Positions 48,277 to 56,880 of a DNA stretch of 64,000 nucleotides are shown here, in pieces. The stretch is from a bacterium (lineage in GTDB: Bacteria; UBA8248). The position numbers and the translations under genes were made by a program. The stretch spans positions 2,208,001 to 2,272,000 of the forward strand of contig CBDBEV010000001.1 in NCBI GenBank assembly GCA_965204535.1, given 5' to 3'. Every line of letters starts with the position of its first letter. Within the stretch, counting starts at the first letter, position 1. The notes below the pieces were generated by a model. The model made no database searches. It saw nothing but the letters and a program-made list of their open reading frames with translations, and was not told where the DNA came from.

Positions 48277-48582
48277 CTATACTCGGGCCGCAGTTGGAAT
48301 TCGTTCCCGATGGATGAAGATAAGGTTCCGAATATATATGAAGAGGGCTACACCTTGCCCCAGGATTAGAACTATTTCCTTTCGATGCAGGCCATAGATC
48401 AACACGATCGTTGCGCCCGCAATGGAGAAATACCAAAAGATGCGCGGAATAATCGAGCGTCCGGCCTGCTCACTGGTATACCACTGGCAAACAAAGCGCA
48501 GAAAGAACATTCCTTGTCCGGCAAGGCCCACAATCGTCCATGTATCGAATCGGGCCATGAGTTCATTGATGTAGATAGCCAT
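48277..48582 (-). CDS. Lipid A biosynthesis N-terminal (LAB_N) domain small membrane protein
   Basis: GLAGQGMFFLRFVCQW..SE..GRSIIP..FWYFSI.G, YIRNL. Confidence 0.88.
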   Translation of the reverse strand: MAIYINELMARFDTWTIVGLAGQGMFFLRFVCQWYTSEQAGRSIIPRIFWYFSIAGATIVLIYGLHRKEIVLILGQGVALFIYIRNLIFIHRERIPTAARV

Positions 48583-49380
48583 TTATTCCTCGTTTTCGTT
48601 TCTGGGAGAGCGTTCTTCGAACTTTATTTCTGCTGCGCAAGGTCGCTTAAAAAGCCACAGCACTCCGAAGATGTCCGGTATTGTTTCCACCAGTCTGTCG
48701 ATGGTTCCATATTTCGATTGTCCGTGCCTGCGCGGCCGATCATCCACATCGACCTCAACGACCGTTCCGCCTGCGCGAATCACCAGCGGGGCGTAAAATC
48801 TGTGCATCGTGCGGAACGAAGGCAGTGCGAGCAACAACTCCCGACGCAAGACCTTTACGCCGCAAGCCATGTCATTTGTCGGGTCTTTGAACAATCGGCG
48901 GCGCAGAGAGTTGATCAGGCGTGAGGACACCTTTTTAAGTAGTCCGTCGTGACGGTGGCGACGGCGGCCGCAAACCAGATCCGCTTGGATTCTTCCATCC
49001 AGCAATTCACTGACGATATGCGCAGAATCGCGAGGGTCATTCTGACCGTCCCCATCGAGCGTGGCTATCCAGGGCGCGCGCGCACAACGCGCACCGGCCA
49101 GAATAGCGGCGCTTTTACCCGCACGCCGGGAGAGACGGATCAGGTGAACAGACCGCCTGCCGCGCATTTCTTCCCGAACTTCCACAACGCTCTCATCCTG
49201 GCTGGCGTCGTCCACGACCAGGATTTCGCAGGGGATCTCCGAAAAAGCCCCTTCCACTTCGCCAAGAAACGGCCCGATGTTGCCGGCTTCGTTGTACACT
49301 GGAATCACAACGGAAACGAAGGGTATTTCGGCTTTGTCATTTGGAGCAGTCATCTTATTTTGGTCCATCTCCAAACACAT
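48583..49380 (-). CDS. Glycosyltransferase family 2 (polyprenol-phosphate glycosyltransferase, ArnC/Ppm1-like)
   Basis: SVVIPVYNE, VDDAS.D, TLDGDGQNDP, MHRF, R.HGQSKYG. Confidence 0.92.
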   Translation of the reverse strand: MCLEMDQNKMTAPNDKAEIPFVSVVIPVYNEAGNIGPFLGEVEGAFSEIPCEILVVDDASQDESVVEVREEMRGRRSVHLIRLSRRAGKSAAILAGARCARAPWIATLDGDGQNDPRDSAHIVSELLDGRIQADLVCGRRRHRHDGLLKKVSSRLINSLRRRLFKDPTNDMACGVKVLRRELLLALPSFRTMHRFYAPLVIRAGGTVVEVDVDDRPRRHGQSKYGTIDRLVETIPDIFGVLWLFKRPCAAEIKFEERSPRNENEE

Positions 49381-49429
49381 GAATCTTCAACGCCTGCGTC
49401 TTGCTTCGGCGCATGGCTCAATATCCGCC

Positions 49430-49560
49430 GTTTCATCCCTTTGTTCCGGTTTGTTTACCGGGTCTGCACGGAAATTCATGGAATTTTTTCGTAAATTTCC
49501 GCAGGCCGGTTTTGTTCCATCTCCGTGGGCGATAGTAGCATTTTTCGGCTATGGGGTAAC
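49430..49560 (-). promoter_or_regulatory. Repeated promoter-like element, copy 1 (upstream of GT2 operon)
   Basis: Minus strand TTACCC-N16-TACTAT with TG extension; homologous to 52488-52620. Confidence 0.6.
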
Positions 49561-50117
49561 GGGTAGGGCGCGAGATTCTTTGGGCGGCAATCGTAGCCGT
49601 CATTGTGGAAGCGCAATGACCCTTACGATACGTGTGGATTCGCTCGTCATTCTGGTGCGATCGGATACAACGGTCCGCCTCCATGCCCGCTTCCCGATCC
49701 GCTCAAGGCCAGGACAGGTTGAATATAGGGTCGCTCGATGCTCCGCGCTTTTTCGTACAGCGCGTCGACCCGCTGCTTATTCAAACAACCGTCCTATCTT
49801 CTGAGCTACGAGGGGTTTTCACTATTTGTGCTCCAGGCACAAAAAATAGTTTACCTTGGAGATTAGATTGTTAATTTCAAAGAGGTAACATGATGATCCG
49901 AAATTCGGGAATGCTTATTTGCATCAATTCATAATTTTACGGGTTTTAGTTTTTACTAAAAGTTTTAGTAAGTAAAGAACACTGAACAGAAATTATGGAA
50001 CAATTTATCAGCCCATGGTTTCGTCGTTATCTTTGTTTGACAGGCGATGTGGCTAGGTTCAGAGAAGAAAAGACTTTCAAGTTGTTTCTTCGTTACACAT
50101 AAAGAGGATTATATGCC

Positions 50118-50819
50118 ATGAAGATACGGCACATGATTAACAGACTTATCGCCGGAAGCGGTTATCAGATAGCCAAGGAAACTTCGGGGTCTGGTTCTTA
50201 TTATGATTACGCTCTCCATATCTACAAGAATGAAAATGGGTCGTTCGATTATGCGCGTTATCGGAAAATCCAGCAGGAGGGAAACTTGCGAAAGATTCAG
50301 CAGACGTGGGCTATGGAGGAGAACATCCAGTTTCTCGCTAACTATATTCGAGCCGAAATCGGTACGCCCACGTTCGGAATTTGCCACGGGACTAGACGGG
50401 GAGAAGAACAAGCATGGTTTCGTAAATACTTGAGTTGCGAGGTCATCGGAACGGAAATATCCGATACCGCGAAGGATTTTCCCCATACTGTGCAATGGGA
50501 TTTCCATGAAGAGAACCCTGAATGGTCGAACAGGGCCGATTTTGTCTATAGTAATTCATTAGATCATAGCTACGATCCAGAGATGTGCCTCAATACGTGG
50601 ATCAACAGTTTGAAGATTGGCGGCCTCTGCATTCTGGAACATGATCACCACGAGCATAGCCCGAATAACCAGAACGAACTCGATCCCTTCGGTGTGGATA
50701 TCGTTGTGATGGCCTACATGATTGCGGTTTGGGGGAAAGACCGGTTTTTCCTGAAGGAGTTAATTGACGCACCGCACGGCAACATGCGGCGGTTCTTGAT
50801 TATACAGCGACGAAAATAA
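50118..50819 (+). CDS. Class I SAM-dependent methyltransferase-like protein
   Basis: GICHGTRRG, VIGTEIS, ADFVYSNSLDH, LKIGGLCILE; lower GC. Confidence 0.7.
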   Translation: MKIRHMINRLIAGSGYQIAKETSGSGSYYDYALHIYKNENGSFDYARYRKIQQEGNLRKIQQTWAMEENIQFLANYIRAEIGTPTFGICHGTRRGEEQAWFRKYLSCEVIGTEISDTAKDFPHTVQWDFHEENPEWSNRADFVYSNSLDHSYDPEMCLNTWINSLKIGGLCILEHDHHEHSPNNQNELDPFGVDIVVMAYMIAVWGKDRFFLKELIDAPHGNMRRFLIIQRRK

Positions 50820-50962
50820 CTTCAAGCGTCTTCCTATGGCTGGGGTGGCAGGCGATCATGCCGATCGATAGTGAGCGGTTACCCTCGGCGAAAAAGCAGG
50901 GTTGCATGTATGCAACCCCTACAGATGCGTATTTTCTCCCATGCGCACCCTTCCCTATGCGC

Positions 50963-51658
50963 TCAATGCCAGGACAGGTTGATGCAGGGGCGTTCGATGC
51001 TTTGGGCTTTTATGTAGAGAGCGTCGACCCGCTGCTTGTGAGCAGGGACCCGCTTTTCGTGCGTTTCCGCGAAGATATGGTCGATGCGCGCCAGGACGTC
51101 CGGCCTCTCGAACAAGGATTCGAGCAGTTCGACCTCAGCGCCTTCGATGTCGATCTTGAGTATGCCGACGTCTTCATCGAGATTTTCGAGATAGCGGATG
51201 AAGTCTATCTGTTTGACCTCGACGGCGTCTTCTTCGTGGACGTTCCTCTTGCGGGCGATGACCGAACTCGATTCCGAATACATGGCGGGGTCGCTCTCGA
51301 ATCGGGGGTGTCGGTAGAGAAGAGCCTTCTTCTCGCAAGCTCCTGCCGCCGCGTTCTCTATCTTGACGTTGTCGAGATCCGCAATGTTGGCCTGAAGCTC
51401 GGCAAAAGCCCACGGATCCGGTTCAAAGGCGATGACCCGTTTGGCCCCCATCGCCATCTTTTTGGTGTACGCGCCGACATTGGCGCCCAGGTCGATGCAC
51501 GTCATGCCTTCGGAGCGGCGGAGCGCTTCGTCAAACGCCGCAAGGCTGTGCAGCCCTATGAATTTGCGTTGGTAATAACGCCCCCATTTCCCCGGCAGCC
51601 GGCGCAGCAGGTTGTACCGGAAAAATTTATAGGTTTGATAGAAGCCCGATTTTTTCAT
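50963..51658 (-). CDS. FkbM-family methyltransferase
   Basis: IDLGANVGAYT, VIAFEPDP, LKIDIEGAE. Confidence 0.93.
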   Translation of the reverse strand: MKKSGFYQTYKFFRYNLLRRLPGKWGRYYQRKFIGLHSLAAFDEALRRSEGMTCIDLGANVGAYTKKMAMGAKRVIAFEPDPWAFAELQANIADLDNVKIENAAAGACEKKALLYRHPRFESDPAMYSESSSVIARKRNVHEEDAVEVKQIDFIRYLENLDEDVGILKIDIEGAEVELLESLFERPDVLARIDHIFAETHEKRVPAHKQRVDALYIKAQSIERPCINLSWH

Positions 51659-51670
51659 TGCTCCCCCGCA

Positions 51671-51745
51671 GACCGGCTCCATTCCATCTCAGCCGGCGAT
51701 AGTAGCATTTCTGCGCCGATGGGGTAACGACTCTCGGGTTGCATC
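51671..51745 (-). promoter_or_regulatory. Repeated promoter-like element, copy 2 (upstream of FkbM gene)
   Basis: TTACCC (51722-51727)-N17-TACTAT (51699-51704); near-identical to 52561-52636. Confidence 0.65.
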
Positions 51746-51943
51746 CTCTCCTCTCCGGTCGCGTTCGACCCCAAACCCGTTTTACGCAGCCCGTCGCTCC
51801 CCCTCACTCTGAGTAGCGGCGGAGCCGCGTATCCGCCTCAGTGGGCTGGAAGGAATGAATCAGCATTAGCTTTTCTGATGATTCATGGTAGATTTTCCCG
51901 GTGAAAGTTTGTCGAAAAGGGAAAAAACCGGCTGGAGGCGAAA

Positions 51944-52210
51944 GTGGACGCGGAAACGAGGGAAGAATTTGAAAAGTTGAATAAAAATCTGATTAAAAGT
52001 TTCAAGGCAATCGACAGCCGCTTTGAGGCAGTGAACAAGCGATTCGACAACCTTGAGAACAAAATGGATGAAGGTTTCAACAAAATGGACGAAGGTTTCG
52101 AGGAAGTGAAGAACATGATGGATCACGGATTCAGTCAACTGCTCCCAAAGGAGCAATGGCCTCCTGACGAACTCGATTTGGAGAAGGCGTCCATCCGGCG
52201 AAGATTATAA
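51944..52210 (+). CDS. Small heptad-repeat coiled-coil protein
   Basis: GGAGG RBS and GTG start; IDSRFEAVNKRFDNLENKMDEGFNKMDEGF heptads. Confidence 0.7.
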   Translation: MDAETREEFEKLNKNLIKSFKAIDSRFEAVNKRFDNLENKMDEGFNKMDEGFEEVKNMMDHGFSQLLPKEQWPPDELDLEKASIRRRL

Positions 52211-52487
52211 GGATAAGAAATGGCGCGTGCAGAAGCTGCCTTTGAAAATCGGGGTAAGTCTCGGCAACCCCACAGCGTCCATTCGGTCTATGCAACGCGG
52301 AAAGATTTGCCAGTGGATCAAATGGGTTTTCCCAGGGTTTTGTAGAGTTGGGAATTACGAACCGAAAACACGGCGGAAATTTCCATTGTTCGTCACGGGA
52401 ATCTGCGAAGGGAAACGTGCCGTAATAAACGGAAGGGTAGTGGAATAAGAAGTCCTCTTCCCGTCGTGCGCTGCGAATTATCCGACA

Positions 52488-52636
52488 GTTTATCCCTTTT
52501 CTCCGGTTTATCCGCCGGTTCCGCGCGGAAATTCATGGAATTTTTCCGTCATTTCCCATCGACCGGCTCCATTCCATCTCAGCCGGCGATAGTAGCATTT
52601 CTTCGCCGATGGGGTAACGACTCTCGGGTTGCATCT
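52488..52636 (-). promoter_or_regulatory. Repeated promoter-like element, copy 3 (no convincing downstream sense gene)
   Basis: TTACCC (52612-52617)-N17-TACTAT (52589-52594). Confidence 0.55.
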
Positions 52637-52728
52637 TCTCCGCCCCGACCGGGTTCGGCTCCGGAACCGCCGGGCGATTTCTCGTTCCGCGTAGGAATAA
52701 TCTCTCGTTTGCCGAGAAGTTTTCGTTC

Positions 52729-53000
52729 GTCATTCCGGCGAATGCCGGAATCCAGGCGGACATGAATGGAAGAAAAATCTATCATTCGGCGATCCGATAC
52801 GGGCGGCGGGATTCCCTCTCCCTTGGGTTCTCTCATCGGTTCTGGATTCCGGCATTCGCCGGAATGACGGGTATTGTGATCTCTCCGGAAGGGTGTCGTA
52901 GGGGCGCTTCGTGAAGCGCCCGTTTATCCGGCAAGGGCCGTTCACGAGAACGGCCCACTACGGAACAAACCCCTCCTTCAGAACTTTCTCAACACCCCCC
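52729..53000. repeat. GTCATTCCGGCG...CGCCGGAATGAC palindromic element, a GTAG REP pair and a TTTCTCAACACCCC end
   Basis: Long terminal inverted repeats; internal sequence is the reverse complement of 44395-44480. Confidence 0.8.
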
Positions 53001-53016
53001 TGGCCGGATACGAGCC

Positions 53017-53388
53017 CGCATTTCCCCGCATTCGGCGTTACCGGGTTTTCGTCGGGGTGGGCGAGAATCGCGCGCGCGAACTTGGAGGAATACCGATGGA
53101 CCTGGAAAGAGGAAAGCAAACGGATGCGGCGGCCCGGGTTCTGCCGGGGGCGGACCCGGCGCTTTCCGCGCAACCGGAATTACTGAAAAATCCCGTAAAT
53201 ATCGATAAATTCACGGGGTTTTTCGATAAATTCCTGAAAATTACTGACTATGCAAGCAATTGTAATCAAAAGAGTTATCATAAAAACCTGAGCGTCCCGC
53301 ACTCAGATATGGCGCAAAAAAAATTCAAACCTCCGCATTTGCCCGCATTTGCGATGAATCGAGCGCGGTTTCGCGCATTTCCCCGCAA
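53017..53388. repeat. Dispersed non-coding element, copy 2
   Basis: Colinear with 3155-3467, same orientation. Confidence 0.85.
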
Positions 53389-53561
53389 GTTCTCCACCCC
53401 CCGCATCCCCTGCCCGGCCCGGGGCCGCGTCCCGAAAAACCGGGATGGATTCTCGCGCCGAAATGAGGGATAATAGAGGCACCCAACGTCAGGAACGATA
53501 ATGTTGCCTCCCGGCTCCATGAGGCGAGAGGCATGTCTATTCCAATCCAGGAGGTCAGCAG

Positions 53562-54536
53562 ATGAAAACGTATCGCATCCTGTGTATCGCTCTGATAGCC
53601 GTGTTCGCAGCCGCGTTGCCGCTGCAGTCCGCTTCGGCGGCCTATCCCGACAAGCCGATTCAGTTCATCATTCCCTTCGGTGCGGGCGGCGGCGCCGACA
53701 TCGAGGGCAGGCTGCTCGCCAAGGGCATGGCGAAAGAACTCGGCGTTCCCGTGGTGGCCATCAACAAGCCGGGCGCGGGCGGCGCCGTCACCTACACGTT
53801 CGTCAAGAACTCCAAGCCCGACGGCTATACGGTGGCTTGGAACTCCACTTCGGTGCTCACTTCCACGAACATCGGCAACGTGCCCTGGGACTACACGGCG
53901 CTCGACCACATCGGGCGGGTGCACTTCCAGCCTTTGACGGTGGCGGTGAACTACAAGTCGAAATGGAAGACGGTCAAGGATTTCGTGGCCGACTGCAAGA
54001 AAAAGCCGAACACGCTCAAAATCGGCCACGCGGGCACCGGCAGCACCACGCACTTGACGGCGGTCATCTTCACGAACATGACGGGCTGTAAGGCCATCCT
54101 CGTTCCCCTGGGCGTGAAGCGGCGCAACGCGGCGCTGCTGAGCGGCGAGGTCGACGCCATGGGCGCGCCCCTCACGGGAGCGATTCGCCTGGCGAAAGCA
54201 AAGAAGTTCCGCATCATCACCCACATCACGGGCAAGCGGAACCCGGCGATCCCCGACGTGCCCACCATGAAGGAAATGGGCCACGACATCGATTTCGACC
54301 ATTTCCGGGGCCTGAGCGTGCCGAAGGGAACGCCCGCCGCGGTGAAGGCGAAACTCGTGGACGCCATGACGAAGGCCGCCAACTCGGACGCCTTCAAGAA
54401 GCTGGCCAAGACGAAGGGCTTCACGATCGACCCGAGCGGGCCGGAAGAGTTCGGCAAAATGCTCGCCAAGCGCGACAAGATTGTCGCCGACATCATGAAG
54501 GCCACGGGCGTATACAAGTCCAAGACGAAGAAATAA
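53562..54536 (+). CDS. tctC: Tripartite tricarboxylate transporter substrate-binding protein (Bug/TctC)
   Basis: YPDKPI..IIPFGAGGGAD, NKPGAGG, KPDGYT, PDVPTMKE.G. Confidence 0.93.
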   Translation: MKTYRILCIALIAVFAAALPLQSASAAYPDKPIQFIIPFGAGGGADIEGRLLAKGMAKELGVPVVAINKPGAGGAVTYTFVKNSKPDGYTVAWNSTSVLTSTNIGNVPWDYTALDHIGRVHFQPLTVAVNYKSKWKTVKDFVADCKKKPNTLKIGHAGTGSTTHLTAVIFTNMTGCKAILVPLGVKRRNAALLSGEVDAMGAPLTGAIRLAKAKKFRIITHITGKRNPAIPDVPTMKEMGHDIDFDHFRGLSVPKGTPAAVKAKLVDAMTKAANSDAFKKLAKTKGFTIDPSGPEEFGKMLAKRDKIVADIMKATGVYKSKTKK

Positions 54537-54554
54537 TCGCGCCAGTCGCGTGAC

Positions 54555-54598
54555 AGGCGGGGGCCGCCTCTTCCAAGGAGGGGGCGGCCTTCGTTTTC
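54555..54598 (+). terminator. Intercistronic stem-loop after tctC
   Basis: ggccgcctcttcc-aa-ggagggggcggcc followed by ttcgtttt. Confidence 0.55.
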
Positions 54599-54630
54599 GA
54601 GTCGTTTTCTCTCCTTAGGGCAGATTCGGC

Positions 54631-55113
54631 ATGGGTTTGAGAAACATCGTCGGCGGGGTGGTCATCCTCGGCTTCACGCTCTACTACGGCGGCCTCGCCA
54701 CCCTGCTGCCAAAGCGCACCACGACGGACGCGCCGGGACCCCATTTCTTCCCGTACCTGATCACCGTCTCGATAATCGTTCTCGCCGTGATGCTCCTCTT
54801 TCAGGGGGTCAGGGGGCTGAAAGACTCCGGCGGCCTCGCCGACCTGAGGCCCGAAAGGCCTTCGGCGAACGAGAATTTCAGCATCGCCCGCGCGGCGGCC
54901 GGCCTGGTGCTCACGGGGCTTTATTTCCTGGCGCTTTCGACCTTCGGGTTCTTCTGGTCCACGCCCGTCTTCTTCGCCGCCCTCATGTGGACCTCGGGCG
55001 AGCGACGGCCGCATATTCTCCTGGCTCTGGCGATAATCGTTCCCATGTTCCTGTTCTTCCTGTTCCGCGACCTTTTTCAGCTTCCCCTGCCGAGGGGAAG
55101 TTTTCTGGGATGA
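54631..55113 (+). CDS. tctB: Tripartite tricarboxylate transporter small subunit
   Basis: GPHFFP, 4-5 TMs, terminal LPLPRG. Confidence 0.88.
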   Translation: MGLRNIVGGVVILGFTLYYGGLATLLPKRTTTDAPGPHFFPYLITVSIIVLAVMLLFQGVRGLKDSGGLADLRPERPSANENFSIARAAAGLVLTGLYFLALSTFGFFWSTPVFFAALMWTSGERRPHILLALAIIVPMFLFFLFRDLFQLPLPRGSFLG

Positions 55114-55119
55114 CGCAAG

Positions 55120-56634
55120 ATGAACGGTGATTTGCTACAGGGGTTCTACCTCGCCCTCGCGCCGACGAGCATTCTGGCCACCGCCCTGGGCGCCCTGCAC
55201 GGCCTCATATGCGGGATGATGCCGGGCCTCACGACGAGTGCGGGCATCATCATCCTCTTTCCGGTCACCTTCATCCTGGAGCCGACCACCGCGGTGGCGC
55301 TGCTGCTGGGCGTTTTCGCGGGCGGAATGACGGGGGGGAGCTTCGCCGCCATCCTCATCAACATCCCCGGATCGCCGTCGGCTTCTGCCACCACGATGGA
55401 CGGTTTCCCTCTCACCCAGAAGGGAGAGTCCGGGCGGGCGCTGGGCGTTTCCATCGTGTCGAGCTTCACCGGCGGCCTCTTCAGCTTCTTCTGCCTGATA
55501 TTGATTGCTCCGCAACTCACGAAAGTGGCCCTTCAGTTCCGCGCGGCCGACCTGTTCGGGCTGGTCTTTTTCGGAATGTCCGTCATCTCCGCCTTCGCGG
55601 CGAAATCGCTCGTCAAGGGTCTGTTGTCCACTTTTCTGGGTCTCATGATCGTGACGGTCGGGATGGATCCGCTCGTGGGGACTGCGCGCTTCACCTTCGG
55701 TGACGCGAACATGCTCGCGGGAATCCACTTCATCGCCGCCCTCGTGGGCCTGTTCGCCATACCGGAAATCGTGGCGAACCTGGCGGAAGGGAACATCCGT
55801 TCGGTCGCCTCCAGGTTCGGCCGCGTGTTTCCCAGTTGGGCGGACATCAAGAAAATCCGGCTTCCGGTGGCCATCGGCTCCGTCGTGGGTACTTTCGTCG
55901 GCATTCTCCCCGGAGCGGGCGGCCCGATAGCTGTTTTCGTGAGCTACGACTACGCCCAGAAGATCAGCAAGGAACCCGAACAATTCGGCAAGGGCTGCGT
56001 GGAGGGAGTGGCTGCGCCCGAATCGGCGAACAGCTCCATCGCCGGCGGAGCGCTCATTCCGATGATGACGCTGGGCATTCCGGGCGACCCGATAACCGCC
56101 ATCCTCATCGGCGCCCTGCTGGTCCACGGCATGGCGCCGGGGCCGCTTCTTTTCGTGGAACAGGGGCCCTTCGCGTTTTCCGTGCTTTTCTCGTATTTCA
56201 TCGCGATTTGCAGCACGGCGACGGTCGCGTTCCTGGGCTTGAGGCTCATCGTGAAACTGCTGTCCATCCCCCGCACGCTGCTGCTTCCGATCATCGTCGC
56301 CCTGTGCGTTCTGGGGACGTATGCGCTCAGGAATTCCTTCTTCGACGTCTACGTCATGTTCTTCTTCGGCCTCGTGGCGCTTTCCTTCAAGTGGCTTGAC
56401 ATCCCGGTCGTTCCCATGCTTCTCGCGCTCGTGCTGGGGCGGCAGCTTGAGGAGCACATGCGGGTCGCTCTCGCCGCATCGAAGGGTGACATCTCGATTT
56501 TCTTCACCTCTCCCTGGTGTCTGTTTTTCCTGTGCCTCTCGATGGTCTCTTTCGCCTGGCCGTTTTTCCTGGAGTGGAGAGTCAGGAAAAGAGCGCTCAA
56601 GAAAGCGTCCGCCTCTACTCCTTCCTCCGCATAG
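55120..56634 (+). CDS. tctA: Tripartite tricarboxylate transporter large subunit
   Basis: GMMPGL, AILINIPG, GVAAPESAN, TLGIPG. Confidence 0.94.
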   Translation: MNGDLLQGFYLALAPTSILATALGALHGLICGMMPGLTTSAGIIILFPVTFILEPTTAVALLLGVFAGGMTGGSFAAILINIPGSPSASATTMDGFPLTQKGESGRALGVSIVSSFTGGLFSFFCLILIAPQLTKVALQFRAADLFGLVFFGMSVISAFAAKSLVKGLLSTFLGLMIVTVGMDPLVGTARFTFGDANMLAGIHFIAALVGLFAIPEIVANLAEGNIRSVASRFGRVFPSWADIKKIRLPVAIGSVVGTFVGILPGAGGPIAVFVSYDYAQKISKEPEQFGKGCVEGVAAPESANSSIAGGALIPMMTLGIPGDPITAILIGALLVHGMAPGPLLFVEQGPFAFSVLFSYFIAICSTATVAFLGLRLIVKLLSIPRTLLLPIIVALCVLGTYALRNSFFDVYVMFFFGLVALSFKWLDIPVVPMLLALVLGRQLEEHMRVALAASKGDISIFFTSPWCLFFLCLSMVSFAWPFFLEWRVRKRALKKASASTPSSA

Positions 56635-56880
56635 AAGGCGCACAACGGTCGTCCTTTTGTAGTTCATTTGGGTGAAAGTGGGCATTCGCGGTGTTTCAGT
56701 TACAGTTACGTGATTTGGGCCTCGACACGAAAAACCTGGGCCTTGACCCTGAATCGAGGCTCATCTAACCTGCTCTTCACATTGAAAACAAATTTGCTCT
56801 GGCGTCCGGTTTCAGAGTCTGAATGAATCTGATTCCGGCTGTTCGGCTTCGTATGTTTCCATTTTCAAGGGGGGCTTCTC

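Noticed and set aside
49430-52636. Integron attC cassette array
   Set aside because: The repeats lack RYYYAAC/GTTRRRY-bounded hairpin architecture and no integrase is present.
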